Part shown: positions 27,879-34,930 of the stretch, piece by piece
Position numbering within the stretch: position 1 is the first letter of the stretch
How the letters are laid out: the number at the start of each line of letters is the position of its first letter
NCBI GenBank assembly: GCA_902529805.1
Contig: CABZXU010000001.1
Span: 41,841-105,840 of the forward strand
DNA length: 64,000 bases
Source: an uncultured Marinoscillum sp.
GTDB lineage: Bacteria; Bacteroidota; Bacteroidia; Cytophagales; MED-G16
Reading direction: 5' to 3'
Notes under the pieces: generated by a model
The model's database searches: none
Seen by the model: the letters and a program-made list of their open reading frames with translations, nothing else
What the model was told of the DNA's origin: nothing
Position numbers and translations under genes: made by a program

Positions 27879-28754
27879 TTATTTGTTCTGTATGAAATCT
27901 TTCATAATAAATACGTGAGGCAAAGTTAAGCTTGATATAATTATAAATATGAATAAAATAAGATTATCTGTTGTTAATAGATCTGAATTAAAATAATAAA
28001 TTATGATTCCAAATAAAATTGACAAAAAAGTAAAAGGTAATGTCTTGATATAAAATTTTATAAAATTATTTTCTTTCATTTCATTAAATTCAATTAAAAG
28101 CATAGGAAGAGAATGGGAAAAACCAAAAAATAGAGAAAATGAAGTAAGAAGATCAGTATGAAAAAAAATCAAGTAAATTATGCTCATTTCAGCATACAAA
28201 AGAACTTTTCTTTCAACATCAGAGTAAATTATTGAAATCATTAAGACAGATATAGATAACAATAAAAAAAATATTTTATCAAATGAACTTAAATCTATAT
28301 TGCTGAAAAAAGAAAAGGAGTATAATATCTCTTGTAGTTCAAAGATATTATTAAGAAAAAGAGATAATAAAATATTAGCTCCTAAAACAAAATTTAAAAA
28401 TTTATTATCGGTAGTTGTATAACCAAGCACTTGAGTTTCTCCAAAATGGTAACAAGAAATTATCAAAAAGACAAAAAGGCCTAGATAAGGAGATACAATC
28501 CATAATAAAATATTAAAAAAAATTAATGAAATGTATGCTACAAAAAAATAAAATTTATTTTGGAATCTTCTTGTTTTAGGATTTATGAAAGCAATTAAAT
28601 GATCAATAGATCCGTGTGGAATACCTATTGTTAACATAATAAATAAAAAAAATAAGATCGAATAAGAACTTTCAATACCAAAAAATATAATTGATAATGA
28701 AACTATTAAACCAAATATTTTTGATGGAATTAAATAATTTGATGAAGATATCAT
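27879..28754 (-). CDS. blh: Brp/Blh beta-carotene 15,15'-dioxygenase
   Basis: GIPHGSID, YHFGE, HSLP, LTLPH (the four Fe-ligand His); adjacent to the rhodopsin gene. Confidence 0.93.
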   Translation of the reverse strand: MISSSNYLIPSKIFGLIVSLSIIFFGIESSYSILFFLFIMLTIGIPHGSIDHLIAFINPKTRRFQNKFYFFVAYISLIFFNILLWIVSPYLGLFVFLIISCYHFGETQVLGYTTTDNKFLNFVLGANILLSLFLNNIFELQEILYSFSFFSNIDLSSFDKIFFLLLSISVLMISIIYSDVERKVLLYAEMSIIYLIFFHTDLLTSFSLFFGFSHSLPMLLIEFNEMKENNFIKFYIKTLPFTFLSILFGIIIYYFNSDLLTTDNLILFIFIIISSLTLPHVFIMKDFIQNK

Positions 28755-28765
28755 ATTAAAAATAC

Positions 28766-28797
28766 AAAAAAAAAGGTGAGGAAAACCTCACCTTTTT
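28766..28797 (-). terminator. Intrinsic terminator after proteorhodopsin
   Basis: AAAAAGGTGAGG-AAAA-CCTCACCTTTTT perfect hairpin with a U9 tract on the minus strand. Confidence 0.88.
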
Positions 28798-28817
28798 ATA
28801 TTAATAGGAATATAATA

Positions 28818-29540
28818 TTATTTTGCAGCAGACCAAACAGCCATACCGAATCCAATCTTATTGATTGCATCACCAATATTATATACAATATCCATATTTA
28901 ATGGAAGGCCTGCAAGCGCTCCGCTATACCATCCATCGGTTCCTAACATATATCCTAAAGGATAAATAGACCAACCAACTAATACAAACCATTGTAACAT
29001 TCTTCCTGCAGCTGGTATTTTACCATCTGCTTTAGCAAGAGCATTACCAACTTCACCACTAGGTCCACCAAAAATTGTTAAACAACCAACTTCATAAGCC
29101 ATCCAAAAATAAGCAAGACCTGCTATTGCACCCCATGATTGAGCGTCTAGCATGCCCGTAACTCCAGATTCACCAAAATATCCTGTTACTAACATAACAA
29201 CTGATGCCCAGAATAATTTTCTCATCCCCACACCAGTAAGTAAAGCAAACTCTACTACCATTAAAGGAACGGTAAGAACCCAATCTATATATCTCAGTTC
29301 AGTTGGCGAACCTAATCCAGCAGCCCACTGATCTCTCATATAGTAATAATGTACAGCTGCAATACCAGTAATCAATGCAGCAACAAGCATAGAATCTTTA
29401 AATTTCTTGTCAACCTGACCGTGTTGTACTAAAAAGAACACAGTAGCAGCTAACATTGAAACAGATCCGATGAAGAAAGTAAAACCAGTAAAATCTCCTG
29501 GTTGTAAACTTGCTCCTAAAATAAAATTGAACATATTCAT
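28818..29540 (-). CDS. Proteorhodopsin (DTE proton pump; Met at the spectral-tuning site, green-absorbing type)
   Basis: AVHYYYM (His75 equivalent), RYIDWVLTVPLMVVEF (D-T-E), GWSIYPLGY, YNIGDAINKIGFG (retinal Lys). Confidence 0.96.
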   Translation of the reverse strand: MNMFNFILGASLQPGDFTGFTFFIGSVSMLAATVFFLVQHGQVDKKFKDSMLVAALITGIAAVHYYYMRDQWAAGLGSPTELRYIDWVLTVPLMVVEFALLTGVGMRKLFWASVVMLVTGYFGESGVTGMLDAQSWGAIAGLAYFWMAYEVGCLTIFGGPSGEVGNALAKADGKIPAAGRMLQWFVLVGWSIYPLGYMLGTDGWYSGALAGLPLNMDIVYNIGDAINKIGFGMAVWSAAK

Positions 29541-29594
29541 ATATTTTAAGTTTTGGTTTTAATGTTAAAAAAAACAAACATTTGTTACTCTAAG

Positions 29595-29616
29595 ATAACC
29601 ATTTTATTACCATTTT
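29595..29616 (-). promoter_or_regulatory. Tandem 11-bp direct repeat overlapping the putative rhodopsin promoter
   Basis: Minus strand AAAATGGTAAT-AAAATGGTTAT running into the -7-like TATCTTAG. Confidence 0.35.
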
Positions 29617-29781
29617 CATCATTATTTTTTAAGTTTTTCAGTGACATAAAAAACATATAAAAAGTCTTTTTTTTATAAAATAAATCCTAAATAAAATTCT
29701 AAATTTTAAAGACCTTATTGTTTTCTTGTCATTTCATTAAACAATCTTTATATTGATTTTTTTAACAACTAAATAATCATT

Positions 29782-30327
29782 ATGAAAAATATATTCTATC
29801 TATCAATTTTGTCCTTAATATTAATTTCATGTAGCTCATCAAACCAAAATCAAAGTTCAAATGAAACAGAAATTATCGGCTCTGGAACATTAGAAAACGG
29901 AAAAAAAGTCCAAATAGTTGTTGGCGATACTAATAACGAACAAGTCTGGATAGATTATATAAAAGCTCATAACGATAGAGACTTAGATAAAATTGCTGAA
30001 ATAAACGCAGATGATTGGGAAGGATATACTGCCGATGGTAGTGTTGTAAAAGGTAATGAAGCACATATTGAAATTTTAGATAACTGGTTTAAAACAGCTT
30101 CTCCAAAATGGGAAATTAAATGGATGATTGCTAATGCTGCAGAAAATGAAGAAGGAGTTACCGTGCAATGGTTAACAACTGGCAATGATTATACTGATGT
30201 TGATGAAAATGGAAATGAAATTTTTGAACATAATGTTCATGACGTTCAATTTGTAGACGGTAAAATAAAAAGAATCAATGTATATTCAAGAGCAAAAGCT
30301 CAAGAATCAGCAGAGTTTTCGTATTAA
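29782..30327 (+). CDS. NTF2/SnoaL-like lipoprotein
   Basis: Lipobox LISC; YIKAHNDRDLDKI, ADD....ADG, FVDGKI. Confidence 0.75.
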   Translation: MKNIFYLSILSLILISCSSSNQNQSSNETEIIGSGTLENGKKVQIVVGDTNNEQVWIDYIKAHNDRDLDKIAEINADDWEGYTADGSVVKGNEAHIEILDNWFKTASPKWEIKWMIANAAENEEGVTVQWLTTGNDYTDVDENGNEIFEHNVHDVQFVDGKIKRINVYSRAKAQESAEFSY

Positions 30328-30347
30328 ATTAAATATTCAAATAAATT

Positions 30348-31703
30348 TTATTGAACAATTGAGTTAGAACCATTTTCATTTTTAACTAACACAAATTCAT
30401 CAAATAGTTCTCCTAATGCAGTATAGGACTTGTATGTCAATTTATCTCCATCAATAGAAATAACTTGAAATAATTGCTTTTGACTACCAACTTTATCTCT
30501 ACTTGCTTCATAGTCATCCCAATTTGATTTTAATTGATACATTTTACCTCCACTAACAGAAACAACATAAACAGTACCAGTCAAACCGATTGAATTTTGA
30601 CCTGAAAGACTGTTTTGTTCATAAGGTGCAACTTTCCCTCTTGTATAGCTATGATCATGACCTTGAAGAGCAATGTCAACATTATATTTATCAAACAATG
30701 GTTTCCAATTTTCTCTTAGAATTTTATTATCTCGACCTCTAGAAGCAGAAAAAACAGGGTGATGAAATATAGCAATTGTCCATTTATTTGGATTATTTTT
30801 TAATACATCTTCTAACCACTCTGATTGTTTTTTAATCATTGAATTACTATTAAGTGCAACAAACCTTACACCTTGATAATCTATATAATAATTAGTCTCA
30901 AGAATTCCTTTGACACCATTATCTGGTAATGTAAACTGATCATTCCATTGAATAGATAATTTTCTGACTCTTTCCGCAAGATCATCTTGATATAGAGGAC
31001 CATATTCATGATTGCCTGGAACAGGTATGGATGGTATTGACCTATGAATCCACCCCCCAGCCTTAAACCACTCATGCCATTCATCCTCATTATGTGGATC
31101 ATTTACCAAATCACCTGCATGAATTATAAAACTTGCATTAGGATCTTTTTTATACCCTTCTCTAATTAACCTAGACCATAATTCTAAAACATAATTTTGT
31201 GCATCTCCAACATATAAAAATGAAAATGGCTTGCTTGATTTGCTAGCTGTTTTAAATTGTATCCACTCACTCCATATACTTCCATCCCCCACTCTATATG
31301 CATAAATTGTATTTGGATTAAGATCTTCGAATGTTACCGAGTGATAATTCTGATTTAAATTTGAGAAAATAGATTCCTCAGGTTTGTTATAATTCCAATA
31401 ACTAACAACATTTGATGATCTTAATGTATTTGTTATAGCTTTTTTAGAAATAGCTTGGCTAGTAAATTTTGGATTTGCATGAGAAATTGCAATTTCTGCA
31501 ACACCTTCGTTTACTTCTCTATTTGTTCTCCAAGTTATACTTATCGAAGTAGCTGGATCTTTAGAAAAATTTAAGACAATATGATCAGGATGTTTTGAAG
31601 GTTTGCTCCAATTTTCAGCAAATTTAGGCTTCATATATTTTCTTTGACTATATGAGCTAAATCCAATTAATAAAGATAAAATGATAATTAAATACTTATT
31701 CAT
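30348..31703 (-). CDS. Exported metallophosphoesterase with purple-acid-phosphatase-type N-terminal (Fn3) domain
   Basis: Signal peptide; ITWRT, L.PNT.Y.YRVG; GDAQ, HAGDLV, PGNHE, FHHP, QGHDH. Confidence 0.9.
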   Translation of the reverse strand: MNKYLIIILSLLIGFSSYSQRKYMKPKFAENWSKPSKHPDHIVLNFSKDPATSISITWRTNREVNEGVAEIAISHANPKFTSQAISKKAITNTLRSSNVVSYWNYNKPEESIFSNLNQNYHSVTFEDLNPNTIYAYRVGDGSIWSEWIQFKTASKSSKPFSFLYVGDAQNYVLELWSRLIREGYKKDPNASFIIHAGDLVNDPHNEDEWHEWFKAGGWIHRSIPSIPVPGNHEYGPLYQDDLAERVRKLSIQWNDQFTLPDNGVKGILETNYYIDYQGVRFVALNSNSMIKKQSEWLEDVLKNNPNKWTIAIFHHPVFSASRGRDNKILRENWKPLFDKYNVDIALQGHDHSYTRGKVAPYEQNSLSGQNSIGLTGTVYVVSVSGGKMYQLKSNWDDYEASRDKVGSQKQLFQVISIDGDKLTYKSYTALGELFDEFVLVKNENGSNSIVQ

Positions 31704-31785
31704 ATTATTTTTTTAAGATTATAAAAGTACCTGATATTACGTAGAAAATTATAAAAAGTTAATTTATATATTGAGGTTAAAAATG

Positions 31786-31859
31786 TGGAGCCAGAGGGAG
31801 TCGAACCCTCGACCTCTTGACTGCCAGTCAAGCACTCTAGCCAGCTGAGCTATGGCCCC
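31786..31859 (-). tRNA. tRNA-Ala(GGC)
   Basis: GGGGCCATAGCTCAGCTGGCTAGAGTGCTTGACTGGCAGTCAAGAGGTCGAGGGTTCGACTCCCTCTGGCTCCA. Cloverleaf, anticodon GGC, G3:U70 pair; CCA not encoded. Confidence 0.96.
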
Positions 31860-31865
31860 GACTTT

Positions 31866-32378
31866 TTATCTAAGGACATCTCTTTTAAACTGATTCCATT
31901 CTTTAACCTTCCCATCAACAATATGATAAAATTCATAAAATACTTCAGCCGATAATTCAGATTCAGGATTTGTATGCGTAGAAGTAAACTGAGCATTTAC
32001 CCAATCACCTTCTCCTTCAGTTAAAGCTAATGCAAATGCATAATCAGTTGTCCATGTATACTCATTACCATCGTCTTCCTCAACTTCTTTTACCCATTCT
32101 TTTATTCTTTCAATAAATTGATCTGGACCTATAGCCATATTTCCATCTGCAAATCTCATTTCTGCATCATCTGCTATAAATGTTTTAAGAAGATCATAAT
32201 CAAAATTAGCCCATGCCTTATCAATTTTATTAAAAATTTCAACGGCAGATTCACTTCCCATCATAACTTTAGCATCTATGCCATTTATAAAACCATTTGA
32301 TTTGACTTCAGATATATTATTGTCAGAAGAACAAGAAAAAATAAAAAATGATATAAAAACAAATATATATTTATTCAT
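31866..32378 (-). CDS. NTF2/SnoaL-like lipoprotein (paralogue of 29782-30327)
   Basis: Lipobox IFSC; AWANFDYD, ADD....ADG, IVDGKV. Confidence 0.75.
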   Translation of the reverse strand: MNKYIFVFISFFIFSCSSDNNISEVKSNGFINGIDAKVMMGSESAVEIFNKIDKAWANFDYDLLKTFIADDAEMRFADGNMAIGPDQFIERIKEWVKEVEEDDGNEYTWTTDYAFALALTEGEGDWVNAQFTSTHTNPESELSAEVFYEFYHIVDGKVKEWNQFKRDVLR

Positions 32379-32495
32379 AACTTATATTTTTTAATTAAAA
32401 ACTTATCAAGTATAAAAAAATTGATTTTAAATCTTGCATTATTTAAGTTAAATATTTTTCTTAGATTTACTTGGAACAACAAAACATCTAAAATC

Positions 32496-34928
32496 ATGAA
32501 AATCTTTTTATCAATTTATATCTTATTATTTATTTCTTTTAACAGTTCCTATTCTCAAAAAAACAAAAAAGATTCAGAAGAAAAATCAAAAATTAAAAGT
32601 TATAATGAAGTAGTAGACTCAACATATAAAACTGATGAAGGATTATTTAAAGTTCACTCCAAGATGGACAAATATTTATATGAAATACCTGCGAATTTAT
32701 TAAATAAGGAGATGTTGATGGTTACAAGAATTTCCAAAACAGCAAATGGGATTGGGTATGGTGGTCAAAAAATAAATTCTCAAGTATTAAGGTGGGAAAA
32801 GAAATATGATAAAATTCTTTTAAGAATAGTTAGCTATGAAAATATAGCAAATGACACATTGCCTATTTCGATATCTGTAAAAAATTCAAATTTTGAACCA
32901 ATACTATATTCTTTTGATATAGAAACATACAATGTAAAAGATAGTGCTATAGTCATTGACGTAAGTTCTTTTTTTACTGAAGATATAAAAGCAATTGGAT
33001 TTCCGGAAAGAAGAAGAAAACAGTTAAAGATTACATCACTAGATAAAAAAAGATCCTTTATAGAATCAATTAAAAGTTATCCCATAAATATTGAGGCAAG
33101 AAATGTTCTAACTTATAAATCAGGTTCTCCTCCATCTTTGAGTAACTCACAAACAGTTAGTTTAGAAATAAATAATTCTATGCTTTTACTTCCTGAAGAT
33201 AAAATGAAACCAAGGCTAAGAGACAGGAGGGTTGGGTATTTTTCTCAAACTCAGACAGATTATGGATTGGATGAACAAAAAGCAAAGACAACTACTTACA
33301 TAAAAAGATGGAAATTAGTACCAAAAGATATTGAGGCTTATCAAAGGGGTGAACTTGTTGAACCTATTAAACCAATTGTGTATTATATCGATCCTGCAAC
33401 TCCAGAGAAATGGAGAAAGTATCTGAAACAAGGTGTAGATGATTGGCAAGTTGCTTTTGAGGAGGCCGGTTTTAAAAATGCAATATTTTGTAAATACCCT
33501 CCTTCAAAACAAGAAGACCCTGATTGGAGTCCTGAAGATGCGAGGTATTCTGTAATTAGATATTTTGCTTCTGATATTCAAAACGCATATGGACCACATA
33601 CGGCTGATCCACGAACTGGAGAAATCTTAGAAAGCGATATAGGATGGTATCATAATGTAATGAATCTTTTAAGAAATTGGTATCTAGTACAAACTGCTGC
33701 AGTAAATGAATCCTCAAGAGGTATAAAGTTTGAAGATGAGGTTATGGGTCAACTTATTAGATTTGTATCTGCACATGAAGTGGGTCATACAATTGGTCTT
33801 CCTCATAATATGGGTTCTAGCTATGCTTATCCAGTAGATAGTTTACGATCAAAAACTTTTACTTCTAACCACGGTGTAGCTCCTTCAATTATGGATTATG
33901 CTAGATTCAATTATGTTGCTCAACCAGAAGACAATGTTTCTAATTTTTATCCTATGGTAGGAACATATGATAAATGGTCTGTCAAATGGGGGTATTCATA
34001 TTTTCATGATGAAAGTACTAAATCTGAACAGAAAACACTTAATGAATGGATTAAATCTCATGCTGGTGATTATGAATATTGGTTTGGATATTATAATGGA
34101 ATAGACCCAAGATCTCAGACAGAATCAATTGGTGATGATAATATGAAAGCTAGTTATTATGGTTTAGAGAATTTGAAGAGAATTATTCCTAACATAATAA
34201 AGTGGTCTTATGAAGAAGGGAAAGATTATGATGAGCTTAAAGAACTTTATTTAAATGTAGTTTCCCAGTTTAGAAGATACATTGGTCATGTAACAACAAA
34301 TGTAGGAGGAATACTTGAAGATATTAAAAGTTACGATCAAGATGGACCAGTTTATGTACATGTAAATAAAGAACAACAAAAAAGAGCAATAATTTTTTTA
34401 AATTCTTATGTTTTTAACTCTTTAGATTGGATGGTAAATTATGAAGTTCTTGAAAAAATTGAAAACATAGGATCTGTTGAAAGAATTAGGCAAGTACAAA
34501 TGTATGCTTTAAATAGATTGTTTGATTATTCTAGATTAGCTAGAATGATTGAAAATGAAGAAAAAAATAAAACTTCTGCATATACCATTAATGAAATGAT
34601 TAAGGATTTAAATAAATCTATATGGAAAAATTTAAATTCAAATTCTGTGATAAGTTTATTTGAAAGGAATTTACAAAAAGGCTATATAAATCTTTTAATA
34701 AATACTTTGAAAGAAACAAAAACTCAATCAACTTATTCAAAAAGGAATGGGGCAAATGTTAAATTTGATGAATCTGATATTAGGCCTAGAATTTTATCAG
34801 AATTAATCTTTTTACAAAAAAGAATTAAAGGTATTGCCAAACAATCAAAAGACGTTAATACAAAAGATCATTTAAATTATTTGAATCTATTGATTTCTCA
34901 ATCTACAGAGAATATGCTATCAGATTAA
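32496..34928 (+). CDS. Zinc-dependent metalloprotease (DUF5118/DUF5117/DUF4953, EcxA-like)
   Basis: Likely start MKIFLSIY (signal peptide); DRRVGYF, KPIVYYID, DPRTGEI, HEVGHTIGLPHN, Met-turn SIMDY. Confidence 0.92.
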   Translation: MKIFLSIYILLFISFNSSYSQKNKKDSEEKSKIKSYNEVVDSTYKTDEGLFKVHSKMDKYLYEIPANLLNKEMLMVTRISKTANGIGYGGQKINSQVLRWEKKYDKILLRIVSYENIANDTLPISISVKNSNFEPILYSFDIETYNVKDSAIVIDVSSFFTEDIKAIGFPERRRKQLKITSLDKKRSFIESIKSYPINIEARNVLTYKSGSPPSLSNSQTVSLEINNSMLLLPEDKMKPRLRDRRVGYFSQTQTDYGLDEQKAKTTTYIKRWKLVPKDIEAYQRGELVEPIKPIVYYIDPATPEKWRKYLKQGVDDWQVAFEEAGFKNAIFCKYPPSKQEDPDWSPEDARYSVIRYFASDIQNAYGPHTADPRTGEILESDIGWYHNVMNLLRNWYLVQTAAVNESSRGIKFEDEVMGQLIRFVSAHEVGHTIGLPHNMGSSYAYPVDSLRSKTFTSNHGVAPSIMDYARFNYVAQPEDNVSNFYPMVGTYDKWSVKWGYSYFHDESTKSEQKTLNEWIKSHAGDYEYWFGYYNGIDPRSQTESIGDDNMKASYYGLENLKRIIPNIIKWSYEEGKDYDELKELYLNVVSQFRRYIGHVTTNVGGILEDIKSYDQDGPVYVHVNKEQQKRAIIFLNSYVFNSLDWMVNYEVLEKIENIGSVERIRQVQMYALNRLFDYSRLARMIENEEKNKTSAYTINEMIKDLNKSIWKNLNSNSVISLFERNLQKGYINLLINTLKETKTQSTYSKRNGANVKFDESDIRPRILSELIFLQKRIKGIAKQSKDVNTKDHLNYLNLLISQSTENMLSD

Positions 34929-34930
34929 TG

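Noticed and set aside
28818..29540. Possibility that the rhodopsin is a Na+ (NDQ), Cl- (NTQ) or sensory type
   Set aside because: Helix C clearly has D-T-E, helix B has the conserved His, and no transducer gene is adjacent.
31704..31859. tRNA-Ala as an integration site for a genomic island
   Set aside because: No integrase, no duplicated tRNA 3' end seen, and no compositional break.
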